Below, piece by piece: positions 28,634-41,112 of a stretch of DNA of 64,000 nt. Numbering within the stretch: position 1 is the stretch's first letter; each line of letters opens with the position of its first letter. Where the stretch lies: assembly GCA_951406725.2 (NCBI GenBank), contig OX597828.1:6200001-6264000 (forward strand), given 5' to 3'. The DNA is from Octopus vulgaris (Eukaryota). The position numbers were made by a program, and so were the translations under genes. The notes beneath the pieces are model-generated. The model was not told the DNA's origin and ran no database searches. It was given only the letters and a program-made list of their open reading frames with translations.

Positions 28634-31150
28634 GCTTTCAAAGATACAGTACAGTACCCGTTAAAACTGAGCAGGTTTATCTTGCTCTCTTGGAACGATT
28701 GTTATTGATTTTGTTTCAAAGTATTGTAGCATTTTCGTCTTGCGTCTGTTCGACTTCTGTCAGCTACTCTTATATTATTTACCTCATCTGACGCTCTTTT
28801 ATACTCTACACTAGCTCTCATATTTATTATTCATTCTGGTTCGCTCTATCTCTCTCTCTCTCTCTCTCGCTCTCCCTCTCCCTCTCTGTTTATTATGCAT
28901 ACACACACGCACAAATATATATAGATATGTGTGTTTATGTAATAATGCAAATATACTTTAAGTTGTGCAATAGAATCCGATACAAATTTAAATATGTTGT
29001 CCAGGGTGAATAGATATATTTTCTACATCATAGATTGGTGCTCTATTCTAATGTTTCATCCTTGGCTCTTTACAACAGTCGTGAACAATTCAGACTGGAA
29101 TTCAACGGGGAGTGTTATCTTTCGATATTATATACTTGCTATGCTGCACTGGGCATACATGTATAGATTTGATCTGCTTCCAGCTGATCTGAAAATGGCA
29201 AATGAATAGGCACCCATAAAAATTTGCAACACAATGAAACTATGGATGTAGTTTGTGAAATATGAGTCTCTGAGTATTGGCAGAGTGAAATTTTGCTTTT
29301 CACTGGGTAACTAAGCATCCCAGTACTGCAGCAAAAATTTTATATTGACTATATTTCGTATCTTTGAAACAGTGCAATGCATGGAAATAAATATTTAAAT
29401 GATAATAAATAAATAACATACGAGGAATGATGTAATTGATGTAATGTAACTCAGAAGAGACAATAAAGAAATAAAACATTACGTATTAGTATAGTCTGTC
29501 GCTGAGCAGAGTGGCATAGCGAAAGTGATTGGTTCTAGATGTCAGTCGATCGAAAGCTAATTTCTGCGAAAAATGAACAAAAGTTTTCATCTTCATAAAA
29601 ATCGCAGATGAATCGTCTACAAATATTTCAACTCTAACCATGTATATATACATACAGGGGTAGGAATAAATTATATTCTGCAACAGACATGTATATAGGA
29701 CCGAAGGATCGCCAACCGACTGTCATATATTAAAATTTAAATAATGTAGTAGGCGGAGACAACAACAACAACGGGACTTTTCGGTTAGTACATAAATTAC
29801 ATATATATATACACAAATGAGTACACGATAGCAATTAGTTATCTATGACTTCAACCACACAGCACCTGAAAGAGACTCGTAACCATGCAGTGGACCAGAT
29901 AACCATAGCTATTGCCTCCTATACTACATTTTCTCTGCGCCTAAACTGATAACGTTCTGCCTTTCAAATCTGTGATACTTGCCACACTTGCAACAAGAGG
30001 CTCGCAGTCTGTGGTTCCAAGAAGTTTCAGCCATCAGTTAGGAATCCTAGCTGACTCTGGCTGACTCTGTAGTACTTAACGAAATGACGCAGTTATGTGC
30101 AGGGGAAAATATCCGCAACTGCTTCCGTCTATAACAAACCTTAAGCACGCCTGAAACAACAGAATTGTCTGCATTTTCTTGTTTCAGATACATAAAATGC
30201 CCCAGCCACCACAGCTGGAAATTTAACTCTTAGTTGAAGGTCTGTGCCACATTTTCTTACTCGTTAAACTCAGATGCCGAATTTGTTTTTTCTAATTGAA
30301 AGCGAACTTCACGCACTCAGGACTCATGCTTTGTCAAACAACACGCATATTAACAATACTAAATTTAAAACAAATGAGATCTTATGATAATACAGTAGAT
30401 TGCCAAGGCAGCTGAAGGAACTTCACATTCCTTATAGTACCATCGATCTTGGTGAATTTTTACTTTCTAACGCATCATACTAGAATTTTGCCCTGCAGAC
30501 AATGGTTCCAACAGCATGATACAGGTCGCCTCTATTAGTCTTCTGCGTTCAACTTCAAAGCTGTGGAGATGAAAAATATTCATATTCTTCTCTATGTCTC
30601 ATTTGAACACTAATCATACAATCATACGCGAACATAGTTAATGTGCATATACTTCTATTATTGGTTGTCTATTGTTTTCCCTGACTTCAGCTTCTCATTG
30701 AAAGGCCTTGTTTTCCAACCTGCAGTATATTGAAACTTACCATTCTCATCCAAGCAAGCATGGTGCTTTTGCCAGTTTATCTCCGACGATCCAACCACGC
30801 AATTGGTTGTACCGAGTTCCATGTTATTTATAGCACTTTCAAGTGACTTGAAATTTTGCACTATTACACATATATACTCCAGGTCACGCACTGATCGTAA
30901 CTCTGGTATTATGATGCTTACCAGTCCCTGAATACTAATTGCGTTTATGATGAAACATCTCTGAAATTTGTCCGTCTTAAATTGTATGTTCTTTTCCTCT
31001 GCCGTGTCGTCTAAAATTGGTTGCCTGAATGATTGTCTGATAGTACTACTGCAAACAGCAATCAGACGAAATTCCCTCACGTTTGTGTTCTTTCATTTGA
31101 AGATAGAAAGATACAGACAAACAAAGAGACAGACATAAATAAATAAATAT

Positions 31151-31378
<228 letters not shown>

Positions 31379-32131
31379 AAGTATGAATGTATGTATGTAT
31401 ATATGGGGATGTACCCTACCCAATTATTAATCGTAAAATAGCAGTTTGAACATATAGTCCTAATTGTGTTGAAGTTATGTGATGTAATTAAGACGCGAGT
31501 TAAAGCAGTCCTGTCATGCAGTCACCAAGAATTAACCACTATCGGTTTCTCTATGAAAATTCATTCAATGAGTCCACAGATACAGGGACCAGAGATATAG
31601 GCTACTAACTTTAAGTATAGGCTATAAGAAAAGGGCATTCTACATCATATAATTCGACGTTTTTGCGAAATTCCCACAAGGTACGATGCACTGGAAAATT
31701 TGCTTGAATAGCTTAGCAAATGTTATTTTACATGGTTTCTGAGAAAATTGTAGGAATTCCATCGAGGCCAGTTGCTGGGTTTAAAATCAATTCATCCGTG
31801 AATAATATGATATGGCTCTCCTTTATGTCTATATAACTGATGGTTGTCGTTTCCATATGTGAAGGTAGGAATAAATAAAAATATCATCTGGTTTGTTTAT
31901 TTACATTTGTCTCTCTCTCTCTCTCACTCTTTCTCTCTAACTATCTATCTAGCTATCACTTTCTTTCTTTCTTTCTCTTTCTATCTTTCTTACACTCTCT
32001 CTCTCACAAACACGTGGACACGCACACACAATCAGATGCGTAAAATGGATATCGTTATGTATGTATATTTATATATATTACGATATATATATATAAATAT
32101 AATGTGATATATAAATATATATAGTTGTGCT

Positions 32132-32223
<92 letters not shown>

Positions 32224-32393
32224 CACATATTTGTATATATACTTTTATATATATTATATTTTACGTAAAAATACATGTATATCTTCATATATAAGTATGT
32301 GTATGTATGCATATATATATAAATCTATATATATCTACATATATATACATGGATACATATATTTACATATGGATATATATATATATATATATA

Positions 32394-32618
32394 CTTTATT
32401 AAAAAGCAGAAAAAATATCACAAAATCTGTTACTCAGAGTTTCACGTTCCCGTTCGTCGGACACATTCTAAACATATCTGTCCGACGACGGGAACGTGAA
32501 ACTCTGGTTGACGTTTTTTTCTGATATTTTTGCTCCCCTTTAATAAAACATTACTCTATTTCTGGTATTAGAGTACTATTTCTTCCACCTTGTTTCGCAT
32601 TTATGTGCTTACTCTGGT
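32394..32618. mobile_element. Penelope-like terminal repeat with inverted truncated 5' copy; two hammerhead-like motifs
   Basis: 32394-32463 is an inverted copy of 32478-32548; the plus copy continues to 32618; inserted in a TA/CATA microsatellite. Confidence 0.65.
32427..32463 (-). ncRNA. Minimal type I hammerhead-like motif (CCGACGA core)
   Basis: TGT-CCGACGA-ACG GGAA CGT-GAA-ACTC T GAGT-A-ACA(G); palindromic stem III, GUA triplet; degenerate plus-strand twin at 32478-32510. Confidence 0.7.
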
Positions 32619-32633
32619 ATATACATACATACA

Positions 32634-32717
<84 letters not shown>

Positions 32718-32913
32718 CACACACACAGTATTACATACACTTACATGTGCGCACGCGTGCGATTGTGCAATCATTTCTACGGATGAGCTCTTTCTGCTTC
32801 AGCAGGTCACTCTACCCTGTCTTCTCTTGAGTATGAATACGAAAAAAATTGTCTTACCTGCTTCACCAGCCATAACACTATACTATCCTCTTACGCGCAA
32901 ACACATGCAAGCA

Positions 32914-32957
<44 letters not shown>

Positions 32958-33452
32958 AACGAACCTAAACATATGCTTATATTCACACATCCATCATATG
33001 TGTCACAGTCTATATAATATAAAATGAAGGTAAATGATTCAAAACATAAGCAAAACCGAACTTTATGAAAACAAACAACGATGAAACATTGAAATATATG
33101 TGAATATATTCTATATTGTTTTTCGCAGTTGTTTTCCATAAGTTACTCACTTGAGCAGGTTGTTCTCGGTTTCAAACCAGATCGTTTGTTCTGATCAAAA
33201 GGTAGTTGTTATTATTTAATGCAATATAGGCAACCATATACACCAAATGTGCTCACCAGATCAATATATTTATATGCATTAAATATATGCAACACAATAG
33301 GTGTATAAACGCCTGCATGCACTTGTAAGCACGCAATGTTACATTCATGTAGCTAAATGTATCTTCGTGTTGCGTCCGGCTTTTTGTACTTCGTAATTGT
33401 GTGCGTTTCTATCCTCTGCATGTATGCATATATATATATACGTATATGTATG

Positions 33453-33541
<89 letters not shown>

Positions 33542-34952
33542 ATGTGGTGAGTGAGATTGACTGTAATAGAGATATTCAATTGCACAAAAGAATAAGTATG
33601 TATGCTGGGTTTTGAATTGTTTTATATATGTACATATATACGTGCGCAAATGCGCACGTAAAGGAGTATATGCATGTATACATGCACACACCCACATGTC
33701 CACCCACACATATCATATTAACAGGAAAGGAAATTATTTTCTGATAATATGTCTTCAACATGAAACATGAAATATGTATTGTGTTAAAGTGGATATCGTT
33801 GAGAATATGCAAAAAAAAACATCAAAGAAAAACAAATGTTAATCAAAACTTTTTTGCCTTCTCTGTGAAGGGAAAAAAACTGTTAATTAAGCTTTAGTCC
33901 ATATTCCAACTGAATCACCCTTTTAAACAGGTAATAAAGACAATACCAACGATTTCTTGAATGAGGATCCAGTGCATTCCTCGGTTTTCTGGTGCATGCT
34001 TTGTCTTGCTAGAGTTTATTTAAATACTATCAACCGGATTAAAGCCAAGTATTTTCCACTTAAATTCCAAAGCATGGTAGAATTTGCACACAGAAATTCA
34101 ACACCAGTTGAACTGAAGAAATAATATAGATTTTGTGATTGCTGAAAGAATTCGTAGGCTCTTTCACATTGAAGAAATCTGCAATTGTGAATGGGGAGGC
34201 ATTACTCATTTACTATTCCAGTTCCAAACGGTTGACGGTGGCAATAATGTGGCACCGACGTCATAAGTAAGTATACTATATGAGGCTTCTTATTATCCGA
34301 GAAATTGTTAAGAGTGGATGCACGGTTCCAGAGAAAAATAGAAACTATATTATGTGATTGCATTGTATTCTTTTTAATAAATGTATATTTCATGAAATGA
34401 GGCGAGGACACAGAATCTGCTCAGATATTCGGGATATATAATCTTGTAGTCTAATGTGATCCTAAGAATGTTGGTTCTAAGGAATAGGCCATTAGGTGGC
34501 AATTGAGCGTGACAGATTTCACATCACATTTCAGTTAGCTACAAATTAATATCTATTCTGACTAATCTTTTCCGAGCGTATGCTTCGCATTACACTCTGC
34601 TCGAACATACACGAACACAAACACAAACACAAACATAAACACAAACATACACACACACACACACACACAACACAAATACAAAAACGAACGCATATGGGCA
34701 CTATTAAACGGATACAGATGCGAGCAAATACAAACACGCGTACATAGATAGAATTATATAAGTAAGCGTGCATTCCCTAGAAGTCACATTCCCAGGTAAT
34801 ATTAGACTATAAGAATATATTTTCCGATCATCTGATCAGAAGATCACTATGAAATATACAACTATAGAAAAGGTTACAAAACAATTAAATGCGTAAAGTA
34901 ATAAACACGCACGCACACACACATATATACACACGCAGGTATATCATGTAAA

Positions 34953-35009
<57 letters not shown>

Positions 35010-35016
35010 CTATCTT

Positions 35017-35061
<45 letters not shown>

Positions 35062-35086
35062 ATATCTATCTATCTATTTATATACT

Positions 35087-35490
35087 CTTATAATTTTATA
35101 CTTGTTTCAGTCATTTGACTGCGGCCATGCTGGAGCACCGCCTTTAGACGAGCAAATCGACCCCGGGACTTATTCTTTGTAAGCCCAGTACTTATTATAT
35201 CGGTCACTTTTACCGAACCGCTAAGTGACGGGGATGTAAACACACCAGCATCGGTTGTCAAGCAATGCTAGGGGGACAAACACAGACACACAAACATGTA
35301 CACATACACTCATATATATATATATACATATATACGACGGGCTTCTTTCAGTTTCCGTCTACCAAATCCACTCACAAGGCATTGGTCGGCCCGGGGCTAT
35401 AGCAGAAGACACTTACCCAAGATGCCACGCAGTGGGACTGAACCCGGAACCATGTGGTTGGTAAGCAAGCTACTTACTACACAGCCACTC

Positions 35491-35492
<2 letters not shown>
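35087..35492 (-). mobile_element. tRNA-derived SINE family B, full length
   Basis: Minus strand AGGAGTGGCTGTGTAGTAAGTAGCTTGC...GGGTTCAGTCCC (A/B boxes), internal TA/CA microsatellite, tail AATGACTGAAACAAG. Confidence 0.9.
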
Positions 35493-35580
<88 letters not shown>

Positions 35581-35582
<2 letters not shown>

Positions 35583-35700
35583 CGGGAAGCTTTATGAAAA
35601 TAGACAAAAGACGAAGGCAGGTGGAAAACAAACGAACAATTGTATTAGTATGGCGCTCAGGAAATATAAATAAAACAAGTCTTTAACGTATCGAGCCTAC
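35581..35700 (-). mobile_element. Truncated copy of the hammerhead-bearing element at 41112-41620
   Basis: Differs at only two positions from 41112-41231; breaks inside the hammerhead stem II. Confidence 0.8.
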
Positions 35701-35739
35701 CACAACATTGTCGCAGTCTAATGTCTGAAACAAGTTATT

Positions 35740-35941
35740 CTTTTACTCTTTAACATTTTTCAGTCATTTGATTGCGGCCATGCTTCAGCACCGCCTTAAA
35801 ATGCTTCAGTCGAACAAATCAAACTCAGGACTTATACTTTCTATGTCCTAGTACTTATTCTTTAGCCAAACTGTTGCTACGTTACGGGGACAAAGACATG
35901 CCAACATCGGTTTTCAAGCGATGATGGGGAGACAAACACAG

Positions 35942-35960
<19 letters not shown>
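35740..35960 (-). mobile_element. SINE family B 3' half, diverged
   Basis: CAGTCATTTGATTGCGGCCATGC..CAGCACCGCCTT...GGGGAGACAAACACAGACAC. Confidence 0.75.
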
Positions 35961-35981
<21 letters not shown>

Positions 35982-35995
35982 GTATGTGTTTATGT

Positions 35996-36041
<46 letters not shown>

Positions 36042-36051
36042 ACATAAACAC

Positions 36052-36085
<34 letters not shown>

Positions 36086-36095
36086 TTGTCTCCCC

Positions 36096-37055
36096 AGGAT
36101 TGTAGAAGCCCCGCCGGACGTAGATCCGGTAGAGGTAGTGGCCGCCCTGTTATATAAAAGGGCGGACAAAATAAAAATACTACAAGTAACATGCTCTGCC
36201 CCTCTATTTTGGCTCGGGCGTAACATTAATATATTAATTCAAGGAACAGCGGAGGACCTGCAGCTCCTTCCTGAGAGGGTGCTCGTGGGCGAGAACGTAG
36301 CCCTCAGGGTACAGGTCGAAGGCCGAAAACCCACCTGTTACGCCTGCGGCAAAAAGGGCCACATTCGTGTAGACTGTCCAGACAAGCAAAAGAAACCGCA
36401 GACACCAGGCCCCTCAGATAATAAAAAAGTCCCTACCCTTGCAAACACACCTACCCCTACAAAAACAAAAAATCCCACTCCTGCTGTTACGGTGCCAACC
36501 CCAAAACAGACTGAAGAAAAAACCCAGCCCTCGCACTCACAAACCCCTACACTATTAAAACCTCCCACCCCCCTAAAAACTGCGGCGCCTACCGAACAAA
36601 CTATTGCTACCCCAGACGATACCATGGAGGTATCAGAGGGGGGATTTACACCAGTTCGTAAAAGAATTCGTGCAGCATCCCCGTCCACATCCCCTACAAA
36701 AAATAATAAAAACAAAGACACACCACAGACACGGAAAAAAAAATCCCGCTCAACTGGCCCAGAAAAAGAAGACAAAAAAGAAAATGAACTCATATTAATT
36801 GAATTCGACACACAAGACAAATGCATAAACGATATTGTGGTTCAGCATCAGTCAGCAAGACTGTACAAGAAATACAAAGATCGAAATAGACACGCGTGGA
36901 TTGCGGAAACAACGTTCAAACAATTAAAAGACAGACACCCAAACGCCATCCGGCATATCGCGAACTTGCCGAACTATCTGAAGAAAGAGGAGAAAGAAGG
37001 GGCCCACAAACGTGTAGTGAGGTCGGCCCCCAACTCTCCAACGAAATGTAAGTAG
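36096..37055 (+). CDS. Tx1 ORF1 (gag-like, CCHC zinc knuckle), N-terminus missing
   Basis: [25 protein letters not shown] followed by a Pro/Thr/Lys-rich region; the track's MCVCVC start is microsatellite. Confidence 0.8.
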   Translation, partial: RIVEAPPDVDPVEVVAALLYKRADKIKILQVTCSAPLFWLGRNINILIQGTAEDLQLLPERVLVGENVALRVQVEGRKPTCYACGKKGHIRVDCPDKQKKPQTPGPSDNKKVPTLANTPTPTKTKNPTPAVTVPTPKQTEEKTQPSHSQTPTLLKPPTPLKTAAPTEQTIATPDDTMEVSEGGFTPVRKRIRAASPSTSPTKNNKNKDTPQTRKKKSRSTGPEKEDKKENELILIEFDTQDKCINDIVVQHQSARLYKKYKDRNRHAWIAETTFKQLKDRHPNAIRHIANLPNYLKKEEKEGAHKRVVRSAPNSPTKCK

Positions 37056-40000
37056 AACTTTTACTTTTTGTAATGGCTTCGCTTAACCTTGGTTGTTTAA
37101 ATGTGCGTGGTCTGAGTTCGAAGTGGAAGCAGGCTTGTTTCCTCGACGACCTCAGATCACATGATATACATGTGATGGTTGCTACAGAGACCAAGCTGGA
37201 CAGCCTAAAAACCTTCTCGCCTCTCCTGAATGGCTACGAGAAAATCATGTCTCCTGGCCAGACCGGAGGGCGAGGGGGCGTAGTGGTACTGATCCGTAAA
37301 GACTTGGCTCTACAGACAAGTACAGTCTATGTAGACCCAGAAGGTGGGCTGGTCGTCCTTGATGTGACATACAGCAGTAAGGCCTTCAGGTTGATCGGAC
37401 TCTATGCACCTTGTGCTAGAGGTTTCCAAACTCATTTTTATCGGCGCCTAGAGGGCTTTCTCGTGACGTCGAAGACTTTAGTGATATTAGGGGACTTTAA
37501 TGCTATCGTTGACGTACACATCGATAGCGTTGGCTCGATCTATAGGAAAGTGAACTCACGTCTCGTGGATCTGCTTAAGCGGTTTCAGCTGGCAAATCGT
37601 TACAGACTTGACCATCCGAACGTCCCAGAGTGGACCTGGATGAGTGGCGACGGAAGGTTCAAGTCTTATCTAGACAGGATGGTGATAAGAACTAGAGATA
37701 AGTCTAGTTTTAGTTGTCCACAGCTCGTCCAGGTGCCCTATACTGACCATAGAATGGTCACGTGTAGACTGGACATAGATAGCACACTTAAGATAGGAAC
37801 CGGCTACTGGAAGCTGAACAAGTCTATTTTGACACGCGAGGCATACCGTAGCCGGATTAAGGTGTTAGTGCAGAGGGCGTTAACCGGAGCCGTGGTTAAT
37901 AACCGGTGGTGGTTCACCCTCAAAAGAGCCATTCGATTCGAGTCCATTAGATTTAGTAAACAACTAAGACTAGATAGGGCTAGAATAGAAGGGCAACTAG
38001 TTAAGAACTTAGAGGAGGCGTTGAGGTTGGGCTCTGCATCTCACATTTTAGCGGCGAGAACGGCATTAGACCGTCACCTCAAAACCAAACATGAGGGATG
38101 TAGAGTCCGGGCTAAAGTACGAGCATTGGGCCGTGAGGGAATTAATGTTGCCGGATGGGCCCGTACGATAGAAACACAGCGTGGAAACGATGCCACAATT
38201 GGGTCTCTTGTTGATGAAAACGGATGCACGATCAAGAAGCTGGACGAGATGTGTGAGGCACTTCACAAGCACTTCGCCGAGTTGTTCGGGAGGTGCGGGA
38301 CGCTGGATCATGGTGAGGCCCTTAGGGACTTCGTGTCTGGTGGCCCGCGCCTCTCGACACGAGAAGCTGAGTGCTGTGAAGGGCCAATCACAGCCGAGGA
38401 AGTAATCGAGGTGTTGGGCAAGTGCCCCGGGGAGAAGTCGCCGGGTCTCGATGGTCTGCCCTATGAATTTTATGAAAGTATGCCAGACTTGTTCGGGCAC
38501 CTGCTGGCTAGCGTCTACGCCAACTGGCAGCAGAATGGGATTAATTCCCAAGTCTGCGAGCCGGGGGCGGTGACGTTGATCAGGAAGGACCCGAACAAGG
38601 GGGACGAGATAGGGAACTTCAGGCCCATAACTCTGTTAAACACAGAGTTAAAGATTCTGGCCAAGGTGCTAGCAAAAAGGTTGGCGCGGGTCGTGGACAA
38701 ACTTGTCGGGGAAGCGCAAACGTGCGCTATCCCCGGCAGAACGATCCACGATAATCTCCACCTTATACGCTACTCCTTAGAGAGGGTGGGGAAGCTTTCT
38801 GGCGCAGGGGGAGCACTGGTACATTTAGACCAGTCCAAAGCATTTGATAGGGTCGACCATCGGTACCTGGCGGCGGTCCTCGGAGAGGCTGGCCTAGGCC
38901 CGACCTTTCGAGGTTGGATCGCTGCTTTGTATAGCGACATCGAGTCTGTAGTCAAGGTGAACGGTTCCTTTTCGAAGCCGTTCAGGATCGAGCGTTCAGT
39001 TCGTCAAGGGTGTCCCCTGTCCTCTCTCCTATACGTATTGGCTCTTGAGCCTTTGCTGCGGAAGTTGGAGGCACTAGGGGGCGCGCCGCATGATCTATGG
39101 TGTGGAAGAGGAGCTACGGCGTATGCGGATGACACCTCCATCATCGTGGCAGACGAAGGCCAGCTTCCAGTGGTGGAAGAGGCCATCAAAAGCTACGAGG
39201 CGGTGGCAGGAGCAAAGGTTAACAAGGACAAGTCGGTCGGATTGCAACTCGGCACCTGGAGGGGCAAGCCGATGCCGTCCAATAACGTCGTAGGGCGTTG
39301 GACGGAAGGTCCTGTTAAGCTGCTCAGAGTCTGGTTCGGGCCAGACCTCCAGATTGAGAAAAATTGGAGTGAGGTGGCCAACAAGGTGACCGCTCTAACC
39401 CAGACCTGGTCTGGGCGGGCGTTATCCCTGCTAGGGAAGGCGGAGGTGGTGCAGATGTTTATAGCATCAGTAATCACCTACCGTCTGACCGTGGTGCCTT
39501 GCCCCGATTTGTGGCTGAACAAGTTGGAGAGAATCATTTTCCGATTTTTGTGGAAAGGAGGAAAGCCACTTGTAAAGCGCTCTGTCTGCTGCCAGAAACC
39601 GCTAAAGTGTGGGCTAGGGATGCCTTGGCTGAGGATGCGAAAACTCGCGTTAAGGTTGAGGCACCTCTGGCTTTACCTGGATGGAGAGCAGGTGTGGTCA
39701 CCGCACGTCCGGGTCTACCTTCCCCAGTTAACATCCCTAACGGACATCGGTGCATGGATCAAGCGGAGACCTAAACTGAGTGAAAGGCATTTGGAGTGCC
39801 GTCAGGCGCTCCAGCTACTATCTCGGGTGGGCAACGCCGGCAACAGGAGTTCCACCACGGATTTCTATAGCGGGTTAGTGGAGATTAAGTCCGAAGACGC
39901 CTTAGGGGAGACCCTGGGCTACGATGAAAATCAGTTGGTCAACCCGGGGTATCTGGATAATTACCAGAAATCCCTGGCCTGGCAGTGTTTCCGTGCGGCT

Positions 40001-40682
40001 TTACCTGTTCGCGACAAGCTGTCAAGGCACGGTAGTGCCGTCTCGCCGACATGCCCGCGATGTGAGCAGGATAGGGAGACCGTCTTGCACGCATTCGTGG
40101 AGTGTCCGGAGTTATCGGAACTGATAGCTTTTGTTGAACAACTGTTGTCAGTGATGGGAAGAGTACAGCTATCAGCTGAGTCTATCATCGAGATTGTGCC
40201 GCCCCCTTTCCTTAACAGGGAAAGAAAGGCTTGTTTTTTCTGTGTAGTAGCCATACTGAAAGAAACAGTATGGAAGACGCGTACGAAAGGTATAGTGACA
40301 GGCACCTTTGTCTCCGGCCAGGGGTTGATTAACTTTTTTAGTTACCACCTCAGTAGCAAAATCAGGCTGGAGAAGAGGTGTCTGTCACGAGATATGTTTG
40401 TGAAAAGATGGAAGCCTGTGGCATACAAGATGGGTATGTTTGGCACCAGGTAAGTGTGACCGGATCAGAAAGTAAAGGTTCTACCCGGATGGCTGGGTGT
40501 CCGTCCTTCGACATGATCATTAATATTTTTAAACATTGCCTTCGTAAAATTCATTGTTTATAATCTTATCCGTAATTTCATTCGAAAATTGTAACTGTGT
40601 TAAGCTACTTCACCCTTTATATTTGTCTGTACTTGTTTGTCCCCTCTTTGTAAATGCCTAAATGGCAAATTATATGAAATAA
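36097..40682 (+). mobile_element. Tx1-type (L1 clade) non-LTR retrotransposon, 5'-truncated within ORF1, intact 3' end
   Basis: ORF1 with CCHC knuckle, 17-nt spacer, ORF2 APE-RT-zf, ~230-bp 3' UTR; clearly more GC-rich than the flanks. Confidence 0.93.
37073..40453 (+). CDS. Tx1 ORF2: AP-endonuclease, reverse transcriptase, C-terminal zinc finger (1126 aa)
   Basis: NVRGL, ATETKL, GDFNA, YLDR, TDHRMV (APE); KSPGLDG, FRPITLLN, LDQSKAFDRVDH, VRQGCPLS, YADD (RT); CPRC..ETVLHAFVEC (zf). Confidence 0.93.
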   Translation: MASLNLGCLNVRGLSSKWKQACFLDDLRSHDIHVMVATETKLDSLKTFSPLLNGYEKIMSPGQTGGRGGVVVLIRKDLALQTSTVYVDPEGGLVVLDVTYSSKAFRLIGLYAPCARGFQTHFYRRLEGFLVTSKTLVILGDFNAIVDVHIDSVGSIYRKVNSRLVDLLKRFQLANRYRLDHPNVPEWTWMSGDGRFKSYLDRMVIRTRDKSSFSCPQLVQVPYTDHRMVTCRLDIDSTLKIGTGYWKLNKSILTREAYRSRIKVLVQRALTGAVVNNRWWFTLKRAIRFESIRFSKQLRLDRARIEGQLVKNLEEALRLGSASHILAARTALDRHLKTKHEGCRVRAKVRALGREGINVAGWARTIETQRGNDATIGSLVDENGCTIKKLDEMCEALHKHFAELFGRCGTLDHGEALRDFVSGGPRLSTREAECCEGPITAEEVIEVLGKCPGEKSPGLDGLPYEFYESMPDLFGHLLASVYANWQQNGINSQVCEPGAVTLIRKDPNKGDEIGNFRPITLLNTELKILAKVLAKRLARVVDKLVGEAQTCAIPGRTIHDNLHLIRYSLERVGKLSGAGGALVHLDQSKAFDRVDHRYLAAVLGEAGLGPTFRGWIAALYSDIESVVKVNGSFSKPFRIERSVRQGCPLSSLLYVLALEPLLRKLEALGGAPHDLWCGRGATAYADDTSIIVADEGQLPVVEEAIKSYEAVAGAKVNKDKSVGLQLGTWRGKPMPSNNVVGRWTEGPVKLLRVWFGPDLQIEKNWSEVANKVTALTQTWSGRALSLLGKAEVVQMFIASVITYRLTVVPCPDLWLNKLERIIFRFLWKGGKPLVKRSVCCQKPLKCGLGMPWLRMRKLALRLRHLWLYLDGEQVWSPHVRVYLPQLTSLTDIGAWIKRRPKLSERHLECRQALQLLSRVGNAGNRSSTTDFYSGLVEIKSEDALGETLGYDENQLVNPGYLDNYQKSLAWQCFRAALPVRDKLSRHGSAVSPTCPRCEQDRETVLHAFVECPELSELIAFVEQLLSVMGRVQLSAESIIEIVPPPFLNRERKACFFCVVAILKETVWKTRTKGIVTGTFVSGQGLINFFSYHLSSKIRLEKRCLSRDMFVKRWKPVAYKMGMFGTR

Positions 40683-41059
40683 AGTAGCTTGCTAACCAAC
40701 CACATGGTTCCGGGTTCAGTCCCAGTGCGTGGCAACTTGGGCAAGTGTCTTCTGCTATAGCCCCGGGCCGACCAATGCCTTGTGAGTGGATTTGGTAGAC
40801 GGAAACTGAAAGAAGCCTGTCGTATATATGTATATATATATAAGTGTGTCTGTGTTTGTCCCCCTAGCATTGCTTGACAACAGATGCTGGTGTGTTTACG
40901 TCCCCGTCACTTAGCGGTTCGGCAAAAGAGAATGATAGAATAAGTACTGAGCTTACAAAGAATAAGTCCCGGGGTCGATTTGCTCGACTAAAGGCGGTGC
41001 TCCAGCATGGCCGCAGTCAAATGACTGAAACAAGTAAAAGAGTAAAGAGAATAAAAAGA

Positions 41060-41060
<1 letters not shown>
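40682..41060 (+). mobile_element. SINE family B lacking its first ~17 nt (joined to the Tx1 3' end)
   Basis: Starts AAGTAGCTTGCTAACCAACCACATGGTTCCGGGTTCAGTCCC; collinear with the reverse complement of 35087-35476. Confidence 0.9.

Positions 41061-41111
<51 letters not shown>

Positions 41112-41112
<1 letters not shown>

Noticed and set aside
28994-29209. Possible host exon or hAT dimerisation fragment
   Set aside because: No convincing motif or splice context.
33900-34450. Possible Penelope GIY-YIG/RT remnant
   Set aside because: No GIY-YIG or RT motif found in the frames read; no autonomous PLE ORF is visible anywhere in the window.
36338-40305. Antisense and alternative-frame ORFs within the Tx1 element
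   Set aside because: Shadows of a GC-richer coding strand; no recognisable motifs.
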